The notes: generated by a model not told the origin, from the sequence alone. DNA of 26,655 nt from a candidate division WOR-3 bacterium (GCA_037444665.1 JBBILZ010000037.1:1-26655), one strand, 5' to 3'; shown: positions 1 to 9,536, counted from the stretch's first letter. Translations and numbers: made by a program.

Positions 1-102
1 GATAAAAAAAATGGTAATTGCCAGATTATTTACAAAATATTCAGGGGATACCCCTTGAAAAGATCGCGCATTGTTTAACGGTTACGAGGCCCATTTCGTA
101 AA

Positions 103-160
103 CAAAGGGTATCAATGATTATCAGAAGGAATAAAAGGATATCAGGGGGATAAAGGCAAT
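103..160. repeat. Degenerate ~10-nt periodic purine-rich repeat tract
   Basis: Units such as AAGGGTATCA, AAGGATATCA and GGGGGATAAA. TCAGGGGGA (142-150) is the reverse complement of TCCCCCTGA (24129-24137) in a similar tract. Confidence 0.45.
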
Positions 161-165
161 TTGAG

Positions 166-198
166 AAAAGAGAGCCCCAATAAGGGGCTCTCTTTTTT
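166..198. terminator. Bidirectional intrinsic terminator downstream of cspA
   Basis: AAAAGAGAGCCCC-AATAA-GGGGCTCTCTTTT hairpin with an A run on the left and a T run on the right, just past the cspA stop at 217. Confidence 0.85.
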
Positions 199-216
199 GC
201 GTCATAGTGCTATGCA

Positions 217-423
217 CTACACCCGCTCTATGTTTGTGGCTTTTGGTCCTTTAGGTGTAGTTGTAACTTCAAATTTAACTCTTTCACCTTCAGAAAGCGT
301 GCGATAGCCTTCACCGACGATTTCCTGAAAATGGGCGAATACATCACCAGTTCCATCTTCTTTTGCAATAAAACCATAACCCTTACGACTATCAAACCAC
401 TTAACCTTACCATATATTGGCAT
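217..423 (-). CDS. cspA: Cold-shock protein (CSD), 68 aa
   Basis: GKVKWF, RNP1 KGYGFI, RNP2 VFAHF and GPKATNI motifs. Start moved to the ATG at 423 because AAGGAG lies just upstream of it. Confidence 0.95.
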   Translation of the reverse strand: MPIYGKVKWFDSRKGYGFIAKEDGTGDVFAHFQEIVGEGYRTLSEGERVKFEVTTTPKGPKATNIERV

Positions 424-542
424 TTTTACTCCTTTCAAGCCTCTTTCTGTTAAATTGGGGATTAATCCAATGAGTAACTGCCCAGAATATCAATTACCAT
501 TTTTAATCCAGCACCAACAAACATCAAGTATGCCTGATTATA

Positions 543-570
543 ATTATATTCAAAAAACAAAGTTTGTCAA
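543..570 (-). promoter_or_regulatory. Sigma70-like promoter of cspA
   Basis: TTGACA (570-565), 16 nt, TATAAT (548-543). Implies a 5' UTR of about 110 nt, typical of csp genes. Confidence 0.7.
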
Positions 571-584
571 TACCTACTTTTTAT

Positions 585-612
585 TTGACTTTTTATTATA
601 TATGTATATAAT
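585..612 (+). promoter_or_regulatory. Sigma70-like promoter of the glycosylation operon (near-leaderless)
   Basis: TTGACT (585-590), 16 nt, TATAAT (607-612). ATG follows 9 nt later with no SD. Confidence 0.7.
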
Positions 613-621
613 AAAATACTT

Positions 622-1530
622 ATGAAGGTTGGCATTTTAATACCTGCCTATAATGAATATGAAAATATCCCGCATCTCATCGCAATGTTTGATGAATTCA
701 TTAAAACACACCCGCATTACGAAGTTATCTTCATAGATGATGGTTCAACAGACTCTACTCAGAAGGCATTAAAAAATTATAAAAGAAGTTATCTAAAAGT
801 GGCACAGCATAAAAGGAATTTAGGCAAAACCCAGGCAATCATTACTGGAGCCCGAATAACTGACGCACCAATTTTAGTAATATATGATGCAGATATGCAA
901 TTTGAAATAACCGATGTTCCCAGACTTGTTGACCTTATTATTAATAATAATGCAGATGTGGCAACAGGCTGGAAACAGGGCAGGTATGAAAAGAAATTCG
1001 TGTCCAGTGTTTATAATTGGTGTGGTAGAAAATTATTTAATTTAAAAGTCCACGATATGAATGCAATAAAAGCATTTAGAAGGGAAGTTTTACAGGCAAT
1101 ACCATTACGCCGTGACTGGCACCGCTACATTGTTCCGCTGGCAAATGAATATGGTTTTCTGGTCAAAGAAATACCAGTTACGCTGAAGCCGCGTCTATAT
1201 GGAAAACCAAAATATCAAAAAAAATCCCGTATCATCATCGGTTTTTTTGACCTCCTTGCAGTAAAATTTCAATTGTCTTTTATACAAAAACCATTATTAT
1301 ATTTTGGAACAGCAGGGATGGTGCAGATACTCATCGGTATAATTATTGGAATAATTGCAGTTGTCTTGAGAATTCTGGGACATGGTTTCAGGCCTTTATT
1401 ATATCTTGTAATTCTCTTTATTGTCTCAGGTATCCTTTTCTTTTCATTAGGACTGATTGGCGAATCAATCCGTGCAATCCTTGACCGCATTGAAAAATTT
1501 GAACATCCTGATAAACCATCAATTGAGTGA
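622..1530 (+). CDS. GT2 glycosyltransferase, polyprenol-phosphate glycosyltransferase (DPM1/ArnC/GtrB-like)
   Basis: IPAYNE, DDGSTD and DAD motifs; two C-terminal transmembrane helices. Confidence 0.9.
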   Translation: MKVGILIPAYNEYENIPHLIAMFDEFIKTHPHYEVIFIDDGSTDSTQKALKNYKRSYLKVAQHKRNLGKTQAIITGARITDAPILVIYDADMQFEITDVPRLVDLIINNNADVATGWKQGRYEKKFVSSVYNWCGRKLFNLKVHDMNAIKAFRREVLQAIPLRRDWHRYIVPLANEYGFLVKEIPVTLKPRLYGKPKYQKKSRIIIGFFDLLAVKFQLSFIQKPLLYFGTAGMVQILIGIIIGIIAVVLRILGHGFRPLLYLVILFIVSGILFFSLGLIGESIRAILDRIEKFEHPDKPSIE

Positions 1531-1548
1531 AAACACTGAATTTGAAAT

Positions 1549-2529
1549 ATGATTTCGCAGACTACCAATGATACAAAAAAGTCAAAATTGAACTTATTCT
1601 GGAATCTATTGAGAATTTTAATCGGAATTCTATTGATTGTATTTCTTCTTATAAAACTTGATATAGAAAAAATCTTTCTTCAATTTAAAAGTCTAAATAT
1701 AAAATTTTTGCTTTATGCTCTTATTCCATATTTTTTATTCATAGTTGTCTCTGCCTGGCGATGGCAGGTATTGCTTGATTATAAAAGAATGGCAATGCCA
1801 TTCAAAAACTCGCTGATTATCTATTTTATCTCACTATTTTTTAATAATTTTTTACCCACAACAGTCGGCGGCGATGTAATGCGTGTATTGTATTCAATGA
1901 AAAACAGAAAGACTGATGCATTAGCAATTGTCCTCGCTGACAGAATTCTTGGATTTGTTGGATTGTTCATCTTTGGTCTCTTTGCAGTGGTATATCTCTA
2001 TCTATTCCAGAAAAGAACCGAATTTATCTTATTGATGATTATTGGATTGTTTGCCCTTATCTTTTTGACTTTTATACTCTTTTCTGAAAGAGTCTATGCA
2101 ATTTTTGCACCCATAATGGTAAAGATTAAATTGCTTAAAATTGGAGACAGGATAAATAATCTCCATAGAACAATGACCGATTTTGGCTCTGCCTGGGGTG
2201 TGATTATTTTGTGTATTATCCAGTCAATCATTATCCAGGCACTCCTTGCAATTGCTCCTTATCTGGTTTTGCAAAGTATGGGCAATTTTGAGGTTTCGCT
2301 TCTGCCTTTTTTTATCTATTTGCCCATTATTAATGTGATCTCAATGATTCCGATATCATTCAATGCCCTCGGAGTAAGAGAAAACGCCTATGTATTTCTG
2401 TTCCAGCGTGCAGGTTTAAATGGCGAAGTATCAATTACTGTTTCTCTTGTTTCATTCTTTTTAATCTTTCTGTGGTCTTTACTTGGCGGCGTTTTCTTTA
2501 TTTTTTATAAAAAAACTTCCAATGTTTAG
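1549..2529 (+). CDS. Lysylphosphatidylglycerol-synthase TM / UPF0104 flippase-like membrane protein
   Basis: Multi-pass hydrophobic protein with RW, FFNNFLPTTVGGD-R, DR and P-S-NALGVRE motifs. Confidence 0.85.
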   Translation: MISQTTNDTKKSKLNLFWNLLRILIGILLIVFLLIKLDIEKIFLQFKSLNIKFLLYALIPYFLFIVVSAWRWQVLLDYKRMAMPFKNSLIIYFISLFFNNFLPTTVGGDVMRVLYSMKNRKTDALAIVLADRILGFVGLFIFGLFAVVYLYLFQKRTEFILLMIIGLFALIFLTFILFSERVYAIFAPIMVKIKLLKIGDRINNLHRTMTDFGSAWGVIILCIIQSIIIQALLAIAPYLVLQSMGNFEVSLLPFFIYLPIINVISMIPISFNALGVRENAYVFLFQRAGLNGEVSITVSLVSFFLIFLWSLLGGVFFIFYKKTSNV

Positions 2530-2560
2530 GCATTTAGGCATTTTGGTATTTAGGCATTTA
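2525..2560. repeat. 8-bp tandem repeat (TTTAGGCA x ~4.5)
   Basis: TTTAGGCA TTTAGGCA TTTTGGTA TTTAGGCA TTTA, overlapping the flippase stop codon. Confidence 0.8.
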
Positions 2561-2576
2561 TCACAAAGGGAGGTCT

Positions 2577-3866
2577 ATGAAAGTCTGTATGATTGGCACA
2601 GGTTATGTGGGACTTGTCTCAGGAACCTGTTTTGCAGAGATTGGACATAATGTCATCTGTGTGGATAATGATGAGAAAAAAATAGAAATTTTAAAAAATG
2701 GAAAGATTCCTATTTATGAACCTGGCTTATTAGAACTTGTGCAAAAGAATGTTGCGACTGGAAGATTAAAATTTTCTACTTCCATTAACGAAGGGGTGCG
2801 TGAATCACTCTTTATCTTTATTGCCGTAGGCACTCCGCCAAAAGAGAGTGGAGAGCCTGACCTCTCCAGTATTGAGAATGTAGCGAGCGATATTGGTGAA
2901 GCAATGGAAGATTATAAAATTGTAGTAGAAAAAAGCACAGTTCCAGTGCAGACTGGAAAATGGATAAGGACAGTGATTGAACGATTTAATAAAAAGGACA
3001 TTCCTTTTGATGTTGCTTCAAATCCTGAATTTTTAAGAGAAGGTTCAGCAATAAATGACTTTCTAAAACCAGACCGTATTGTCCTCGGTGTTGAAAGTGA
3101 AAGGGCAAAAGAAAAACTTTTGGAGCTATACCAGCCGATCAATGCCCCAAAGATGATCACTGACCTCGCAAGTGCGGAATTGATAAAACATGCATCAAAC
3201 TCCTTCCTCTCTATGAAGATTTCGTTTATCAATGCCCTATCAATCATCTGCGAAAAATCTGGTGCTGACATAAAAAAAGTCGCTGAAGGCATTGGATTGG
3301 ACAAACGGATTGGTAGAGACTTTTTAAATGCCGGCGCTGGATTTGGTGGATTCTGTTTTCCCAAAGACCTGAAGGCATTCATCGGTATTGCCCAGAAATT
3401 AGGCTATGACTTCAGACTACTGAAAGAGGTAGAAAGGATAAACGAAGAACAGATGTTATATGTGGTGAAAAAACTTGAAAATCTGTTATGGAATTTAAAA
3501 AGCAAACAGATTGGAATTCTCGGTCTATCTTTCAAACCAAATACAGATGATATGAGGTTTGCACCATCAATCACAATAATCAATGAGTTAAAAAGGCAGG
3601 GTGCAACAATAAAGGCATACGACCCGGTAGCAATGGAAAGGGCAAAAGAAGTTATGCCTGATATTGAGTATTGCCCTGATGCCTATAGTGTAGCAAAAAA
3701 TTCTGATGGTATTATTCTTGTAACTGAATGGGAAGAATTCAAGAATCTGAATCTTAAAAAATTGAAAGAATTGATGAGACAACCCGTATTCCTTGATGGC
3801 AGGAATCTATTTGAACCCGAAGAAATGAAAAAAATCGGATTTATTTATACAGGAATCGGAAGATGA
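2577..3866 (+). CDS. ugd: UDP-glucose 6-dehydrogenase
   Basis: GTGYVG Rossmann motif, KSTVP, NPEFLREG, GFGGFCFPKD with the catalytic Cys, FKPNTDDMR. SD GGAGG. Confidence 0.95.
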   Translation: MKVCMIGTGYVGLVSGTCFAEIGHNVICVDNDEKKIEILKNGKIPIYEPGLLELVQKNVATGRLKFSTSINEGVRESLFIFIAVGTPPKESGEPDLSSIENVASDIGEAMEDYKIVVEKSTVPVQTGKWIRTVIERFNKKDIPFDVASNPEFLREGSAINDFLKPDRIVLGVESERAKEKLLELYQPINAPKMITDLASAELIKHASNSFLSMKISFINALSIICEKSGADIKKVAEGIGLDKRIGRDFLNAGAGFGGFCFPKDLKAFIGIAQKLGYDFRLLKEVERINEEQMLYVVKKLENLLWNLKSKQIGILGLSFKPNTDDMRFAPSITIINELKRQGATIKAYDPVAMERAKEVMPDIEYCPDAYSVAKNSDGIILVTEWEEFKNLNLKKLKELMRQPVFLDGRNLFEPEEMKKIGFIYTGIGR

Positions 3867-4792
3867 AGATACTGATCACTGGCGGTGCAGGTTTTATTGG
3901 TTCACACCTTGTTGATTACTACTTAGAAGGAGACAACGAAGTCATTGCGGTTGATAATCTGATTACGGGCCGGGAAGAAAATATCAAACACCATTCAGGA
4001 AATAAAAAATTTAAATTTTTTAGCACGGATGTCTGTTCTCTTGGTAGGATTGATATGAGTATAGATTTCATCTTCCATCTTGCTTCTCCGGCGAGCCCTT
4101 TTGATTATCTGAAATATCCTATTGAGACGATGAAGACCGCATCCCTGGGCACAATAAATATGCTGGAACTGGCACTTAATAAAAAAGCAAAATTCATCCT
4201 CGCATCAACGAGTGAAGTTTATGGTGACCCCTTGGTCCATCCCCAAAAAGAGGAGTACTGGGGTAATGTCAATCCCATTGGTCTCCGTTCTGTCTATGAC
4301 GAAGGTAAGAGGTTTGCTGAAGCAATTACAATGGCATATCATAGAAAATACAGCCTTAAAATCGGAATTGTACGAATTTTTAATACCTATGGCGAAAGAA
4401 TGCGCTCAGGTGATGGACGTGTCATTCCTACGTTCATAAACCAAGCATTAAAAAATGAACCTATGACAATCTTCGGAGACGGCAATCAAACAAGAAGCTT
4501 TTGCTACATCAGCGACCTTATTAGAGGAATCGTAGAGCTTGCAAGAACAGATTATTCAATGCCTGTTAATCTTGGCAATCCCAATGAATTTACAGTATTA
4601 GAACTCGCTCAGAAGATTAAAAAATTGTGTAATAGCAGGAGTCAATTTGTTTTTCAAGCTCTGCCTGAAGATGACCCGCACCGCAGAAAACCTGATATAA
4701 CAAGGGCAAAAGAACTTCTTAAATGGGAACCTGAAGTTGACCTTGAAACAGGTCTGGTAAAATTGATTGAATGGTTTAAAAATAAATCTTGA
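3863..4792 (+). CDS. uxs: UDP-glucuronate decarboxylase (UDP-xylose synthase-like, extended SDR)
   Basis: GGAGFIG, HLASPASP, STSEVYGDP, YWGNVNPIG, YDEGKR (YxxxK) and DDP-RR-PD motifs. ATGA overlap with ugd. Confidence 0.88.
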   Translation: MKILITGGAGFIGSHLVDYYLEGDNEVIAVDNLITGREENIKHHSGNKKFKFFSTDVCSLGRIDMSIDFIFHLASPASPFDYLKYPIETMKTASLGTINMLELALNKKAKFILASTSEVYGDPLVHPQKEEYWGNVNPIGLRSVYDEGKRFAEAITMAYHRKYSLKIGIVRIFNTYGERMRSGDGRVIPTFINQALKNEPMTIFGDGNQTRSFCYISDLIRGIVELARTDYSMPVNLGNPNEFTVLELAQKIKKLCNSRSQFVFQALPEDDPHRRKPDITRAKELLKWEPEVDLETGLVKLIEWFKNKS

Positions 4793-4816
4793 CAGGAATA
4801 ATTTTTGGCATATAAT
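4789..4816 (+). promoter_or_regulatory. Sigma70-like promoter of the SBP-TonB gene
   Basis: TTGACA (4789-4794), 16 nt, TATAAT (4811-4816). AAGGGGG SD before the ATG at 4842. Confidence 0.8.
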
Positions 4817-4841
4817 GTATTTATAAATAAAAGGGGGTAAT

Positions 4842-6914
4842 ATGAAAAAATTTGGAATTATATTAATAGTTATTGCACTAACAATTTTTAGTTGTGCTAA
4901 GAAAGAAGAAAAGTTAACGGGCGAGCAGGGTGGGAAAATGGTGATTGGGACCACAGATTTACCAGGCACTATCTCTCCCTTACAGCCCAATGTGCTCGGT
5001 TCAAATGAAATACTTGACCTGTTGTTTATGAAACTGCACAGGATAGATGCCACAGGTAAAATGAAACCAGAACTGGCATCATCCTGGGAATTTTCTGAAG
5101 ACCTTAAGGCGATCACTTACTACCTGCGAAAAGATATTAAGTGGTGGGATGGTGAACCAGTCACTGCAGAAGATGTCCTTTACACCTATGAAAAGATGGT
5201 GGACCCAAAAACCAATTATCCATTTGTTTCTTCATTCAATATAATTAAAAAAGTAGAGTTAATTGATAAATATACGATCAAATTCACATTCAATCAGGTC
5301 TATGCAAACCTTATTACTGATTCGGATATAATGCCAATTCCCAAACACATCTATGAAAAGATTGGTGACGAATTTGGAAAGAGCAAAATAGTAGGAAATG
5401 GACCTTACCGGGTCAAGGAATGGGTTCCCAATTCTGGACTTGTGTTAACTGCTAATGATGAATATTATCGGGGCAGACCTCCACTGGATGAAATTATCAT
5501 AAAATATTATAACAATGTTGAGGCAATGATTACTGATTTTGAACAGGGCAATTTAGATTTTGCCCTGAACCTCAGTCCGGCTGAGGCAAAGAGGTTGTCC
5601 GGTAACCAGAATATTAATGTTGCTTCAAAGCCCGGGAACAGTTATATCTATCTTGGCTGGAACCTAAATAACGAATTTTTAAAGGATAAAGAAATTCGTA
5701 AGGCATTAACAATGGCGATCAACCGAACCCAGATACTCAATGACATATTCCTCGGAATGGGTAAAATTTCACTTGGTCCTCTTCCCCATTCATCCTGGGC
5801 ATTTAATGAAAATATCGCAACAGTGGAATACAACCTTGAGAAGGCAAAAAATATTTTGACACAAAGAGGCTTTGAGGACCGCAACCGCAATAAAATCCTT
5901 GATAAGAATGGAAAAGACTTTACCCTCACAATCATTGCCAATGTGGAGAACCCGGAACGAGTCCAGATCTTATCCTATGTTACGAACTATTTAACCCAGC
6001 TGGGGATTAAGGTCAATGCCCAGAAAATGGATGTAAACTCTTTTATTTCAGCACTCTTGAGTGGTAAATACGACGGTTTTATTATGGGATGGAGTGTTGG
6101 CGATAAAATTGACCCAACACTTTACTGGCATTCTGACCCGAAGCGCGGTAAATTTAATTTTATAAGTTACAAAAATACCGCAGTTGATTCACTCATTGAA
6201 CTCGGAACAATATTGCTAAATAGAAAAAAGGCAAAGGAAGTCTGGGGTGAATTTCAGCGAATTGTTTATGAGGACCAGCCATATACATTTCTTATTGTGC
6301 CAAATGAAATTTCTGCCACCTACAAAAGGGTAAAAGGAACAGGCCAGGGAGTTAATCTTGCCAGTGCATACACATATTGGATACCAGCATCAGAAAGAAA
6401 GGTTACAGTCGCAGCAGTCATAACACCACCCACCCCAACACCTACACCTACAACAACGACACCTACCACAACCACCCCTACTACAACCACGCCGACAACG
6501 ACAAAAACAGAAACAAAAGTAGAGACAACCAAACCACCTGCACAAGCAGTCTCGCCTGAAAAATTATTAGAGGCGGCTGCCGCATCCAAGGAAACTACCG
6601 CCACGGTTACTCCACCACCAACGACAACGCCATTCAAACCTTCTGTTATAACCAGGCCAGTCCCAGTTAAACAGATCAAACCCAAATATCCGGAAGCGGC
6701 AAAAGCAATTGGTGCAACAGGCAAGGTTGTAGTTAAAGTATTAGTGGGAACCGATGGTAAAGTGAAATCAGCCAGCATCTATTCAAGTTTTGGTAATCCT
6801 GCTTGTGAAGATGCAGCACTCACTGCTGCAAAACAATGGGAATTTAAGCCGGCAACAAAGGATGGAGAACCATTTGAGCAGAGTATCCAGATACCTTTTG
6901 ATTTCAAACCATAA
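4842..6914 (+). CDS. Lipoprotein: family-5 (OppA/AppA-like) solute-binding domain + Pro/Thr linker + TonB C-terminal domain
   Basis: Lipobox IFSC. SBP-5 motifs PELASSW, LRKDIKWWDGEPVTAEDV, GNGPY and IRKAL-MAINR. Linker TPPTPTPTPTTTTPTTTT. C-terminal PKYPEAA...G-VVV-VLVGTDGKV...DAAL-AAKQWEFKPATKDGEP...IPFDF. Confidence 0.85.
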   Translation: MKKFGIILIVIALTIFSCAKKEEKLTGEQGGKMVIGTTDLPGTISPLQPNVLGSNEILDLLFMKLHRIDATGKMKPELASSWEFSEDLKAITYYLRKDIKWWDGEPVTAEDVLYTYEKMVDPKTNYPFVSSFNIIKKVELIDKYTIKFTFNQVYANLITDSDIMPIPKHIYEKIGDEFGKSKIVGNGPYRVKEWVPNSGLVLTANDEYYRGRPPLDEIIIKYYNNVEAMITDFEQGNLDFALNLSPAEAKRLSGNQNINVASKPGNSYIYLGWNLNNEFLKDKEIRKALTMAINRTQILNDIFLGMGKISLGPLPHSSWAFNENIATVEYNLEKAKNILTQRGFEDRNRNKILDKNGKDFTLTIIANVENPERVQILSYVTNYLTQLGIKVNAQKMDVNSFISALLSGKYDGFIMGWSVGDKIDPTLYWHSDPKRGKFNFISYKNTAVDSLIELGTILLNRKKAKEVWGEFQRIVYEDQPYTFLIVPNEISATYKRVKGTGQGVNLASAYTYWIPASERKVTVAAVITPPTPTPTPTTTTPTTTTPTTTTPTTTKTETKVETTKPPAQAVSPEKLLEAAAASKETTATVTPPPTTTPFKPSVITRPVPVKQIKPKYPEAAKAIGATGKVVVKVLVGTDGKVKSASIYSSFGNPACEDAALTAAKQWEFKPATKDGEPFEQSIQIPFDFKP

Positions 6915-6946
6915 AAATTGACGGGCTGGGAGACTGATTAATGGTC

Positions 6947-6974
6947 TTGACAAAATAAAGATTATAAATATAAT
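6947..6974 (+). promoter_or_regulatory. Sigma70-like promoter
   Basis: TTGACA (6947-6952), 16 nt, TATAAT (6969-6974), upstream of the 7078 gene. Confidence 0.75.
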
Positions 6975-7077
6975 ATAGAATAGAAGATGAAGATAATGGA
7001 CAGATTAGCAAAATGCAGGATTGGATGTTTAGGATTCCGAACCAATAACCTGTTTAGCATCTTAATCAAGGGGGTTT

Positions 7078-8169
7078 ATGAAAAAAATAATCGTGATATT
7101 TTTTATTGTTCTATTATCAGCGGCTGAATGGCAGCAGCGCGAAGAATTTACATTGCCAAAAGGAATCATTGTTAATGATATAAAAGTTGGATTTGATGGC
7201 AAAATCTGGATTCTAACCAAATCCTCCCTTTCGCAATTTGACTATAACACAAAAGGACTCACGCTCTTAACAGAGACTCAAAATAGCAAACTTTTTACGC
7301 TTAACAGCGAAGGAGAATTCTTCTTAATTGATAATAATAGACTCCTGATTCTAAACACAGATAATGAAAGTCGTGCACTATCGCTGAGCATCACAAATCC
7401 AGTTCAGATTGAAGCGGCAAAAATTAATAAAAAAAATATCATTGCTATCTCTGAAGGTAATCGTATAATTTTTACTTATGGTGAAGAAATATTGGGCACG
7501 CTGAATACAACCGTTGAAAAATTTTCCATCCTCACCAATATTGGAGAGCAGAAAAACGATTTAATAATTTACACAATGGCAGCTAACCAACTCTTTTTCT
7601 GGACAATCGGCCAACTAAATAATCCTGCAACTTATAAGAGCCAGCTGCTATTCAGTGCCTCTGAACCTATTCTTGATTTCACAACCGGCCAGGATGGAAA
7701 AAACTACATTCTCTTTAAAGATTCAATCATCGTTCTGAAACCTAATGGTGAGCGAGAAAACAAAATTTTAGTTCAGAATATCTCTCCTGGTTCAAGAATC
7801 TTTATCTATTCCACAGATAATTCAATGATACTATTTGACCGCGATGATAAAACATTAAAAATACTTTCTCCGGGAACAATAACAAAAAGTGATATTATTG
7901 CCCTTAACAAAAATCGTCCCAATCCAGTTGAAAACTATACTGAAATTGAATTTACACTAAATGAACCAATGACCATCACACTGACCATTTATAATCTGAT
8001 TGGAAAACCCGTAAAAGTTATTGCGAGCGGGTATTATAACAAAGGCACTCACACCATTCCCTGGTATGCTGATGATGAAAAAGGTATTCCTGTTCCAAAT
8101 GGCGTCTATTTTTATCGCCTTGAGACAAAAAGGGGTGTGTTAATAAAACAGCTCATTGTGCTGAGATAA
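7078..8169 (+). CDS. Secreted protein, probable beta-propeller with a C-terminal FlgD-Ig/T9SS type A sorting domain
   Basis: Signal peptide MKKIIVIFFIVLLSA. C-terminus NRPNPV...IYNLIGKPVK...W-ADDEKG-PVPNGVYFYRL...LIVLR. Confidence 0.8.
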   Translation: MKKIIVIFFIVLLSAAEWQQREEFTLPKGIIVNDIKVGFDGKIWILTKSSLSQFDYNTKGLTLLTETQNSKLFTLNSEGEFFLIDNNRLLILNTDNESRALSLSITNPVQIEAAKINKKNIIAISEGNRIIFTYGEEILGTLNTTVEKFSILTNIGEQKNDLIIYTMAANQLFFWTIGQLNNPATYKSQLLFSASEPILDFTTGQDGKNYILFKDSIIVLKPNGERENKILVQNISPGSRIFIYSTDNSMILFDRDDKTLKILSPGTITKSDIIALNKNRPNPVENYTEIEFTLNEPMTITLTIYNLIGKPVKVIASGYYNKGTHTIPWYADDEKGIPVPNGVYFYRLETKRGVLIKQLIVLR

Positions 8170-8177
8170 AATTCTCA

Positions 8178-8903
8178 TTGGCAAAAACATTAAAATTAAT
8201 AAAGTCAACATTTTCATCGGTCAGAAAGGTCATTGAGCGATTCAATATTCTGGGAAAAAACTCGGATGTCGTCGTTGGTACTTCAGGTGGTATTGATAGT
8301 CTGGTCCTCTTATTTCTATTAAAAGAATACAATGACCACTTCCAGCAACACTGGAATATTTATGCCTGTCATATTGACCCGGGATTTTCAGGGTGGGATA
8401 CAGGTATAATTGAAAAATTCTGCAAAGGTTTAGAGATTCCATGCAGCATAGTAAAGACAAATATCAATAAACGTCTGCAACTGGTTGAAAAAAAATGTTT
8501 TTTTTGCGCCCGCGAGCGGCGGCGTAAATTATTAGAATATGCTGAATCATTGGATATCTTTCAGGTTGCCCTTGCCCACCATCGTGAGGATGTTGTAGAA
8601 ACATTTCTATTGAACATAATCTACAATGGCGAGATTTCAACACTCGTTCCCAGACAATCAGTTATTCAGGGTCGTTTTTCCTTTATCCGACCAATATACT
8701 ATCTTGATAAAAAAGAGATTAGAAAGATTGCCCAGCTTCTAAAGATTCCAGAAAATGTAAATAAGTGTCCATATTATCAGATATCAAAACGGCAGACAAT
8801 TAGAAATTTTTTAAATGAGATTGCACTTGAATATCCTGATGTGTACAATAGCATCTTCAATGGCATTAAAAACATCAAACCTTCCTATCTCCCCCACTAC
8901 TAA
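8178..8903 (+). CDS. ttcA: TtcA-family tRNA thiolation protein (PP-loop ATPase)
   Basis: SGGIDS PP-loop, CFFCARERR, ALAHHRED--ET, IRP and C-terminal CP. TTG start. Confidence 0.75.
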   Translation: MAKTLKLIKSTFSSVRKVIERFNILGKNSDVVVGTSGGIDSLVLLFLLKEYNDHFQQHWNIYACHIDPGFSGWDTGIIEKFCKGLEIPCSIVKTNINKRLQLVEKKCFFCARERRRKLLEYAESLDIFQVALAHHREDVVETFLLNIIYNGEISTLVPRQSVIQGRFSFIRPIYYLDKKEIRKIAQLLKIPENVNKCPYYQISKRQTIRNFLNEIALEYPDVYNSIFNGIKNIKPSYLPHY

Positions 8904-8947
8904 CCCCTCCTACCTACTACTTACTACTTACTCCCTATTCCCTGCTT
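8893..8947. repeat. Degenerate 7-nt tandem repeat between convergent stop codons
   Basis: TCCTACC TACTACT TACTACT TACTCCC TATTCCC TGCTTC, in the region of the ttcA and iorB ends. Confidence 0.65.
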
Positions 8948-9533
8948 CAAATGCCCTGATATTTATATCTACATACTGGGGTTTCACATTCTCTTTAATC
9001 GCATCAAGCCAAACCTGCTTTTTAAAAGTCAAAAATCGTGCGAGACTGCCTAAAAGCACAACATTTACTGCACGGACATTCCCCAATTCCAATGCAATAT
9101 TCTGGGCAGGAACTAAATAGATTTCACCATTCTGTTTTAGAATATCAATGATATTTTTCGGATACTCTCTGTCACCAGTGAGCACACTCATCGGTGCAAG
9201 CTCAAGGTCATTTACAATCAATACACCATCCCTTTTCAGGAAATAACTGTATCTCAATGCCTCAAGTTTTTCAAAGGATAGAATAAAGTCTGCTTTACCC
9301 ACTTCAACCAATGGTGAATATACTTTTGCACCAAAGCGGATATGGGTAATAACACTTCCACCACGCTGTGCCATTCCATGTATCTCACTCTTTTTTACAT
9401 CAAACCCTTCAAGAAATGCAGCAGTGCAAAGAATATCTGAGGCGAGTAAGATTCCCTGACCTCCCACACCACAGATAATAATATTCGTCACTTTTAGTGA
9501 ATCTGTGTTTTTAGATATTTTTTTACTCTTCAT
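8928..9533 (-). CDS. iorB: Indolepyruvate:ferredoxin oxidoreductase beta subunit
   Basis: GVGGQG, SEIHGMAQRGGSV, EKLEALR and NVVLLG motifs; directly downstream of iorA. Confidence 0.92.
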   Translation of the reverse strand: MKSKKISKNTDSLKVTNIIICGVGGQGILLASDILCTAAFLEGFDVKKSEIHGMAQRGGSVITHIRFGAKVYSPLVEVGKADFILSFEKLEALRYSYFLKRDGVLIVNDLELAPMSVLTGDREYPKNIIDILKQNGEIYLVPAQNIALELGNVRAVNVVLLGSLARFLTFKKQVWLDAIKENVKPQYVDINIRAFEAGNRE

Positions 9534-9536
9534 TGC

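Noticed and set aside
1..78. Possible 3' end of a + strand gene (frame 1 ends KRSRIV-stop)
   Set aside because: Too short to identify, and two frames are open.
7..504. 14-bp inverted repeat (AAAAATGGTAATTG at 7-20, CAATTACCATTTTT at 491-504) bracketing cspA
   Set aside because: AT-rich and partly homopolymeric, with no recombinase or transposase nearby. One copy is at the window edge, so context is missing. Chance cannot be excluded.
6423..6510. ACN-rich repetitive DNA resembling a VNTR or array
   Set aside because: Third codon positions vary, so it is a protein-level Thr/Pro linker. The Val/Gly-rich antisense ORF 6320-6778 is its shadow.
6984..7063. Possible long irregular hairpin in the leader of the 7078 gene
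   Set aside because: Only short interrupted helices (AAGATG/CATCTT, ATTGG/CCAAT) and no recognisable riboswitch motif.
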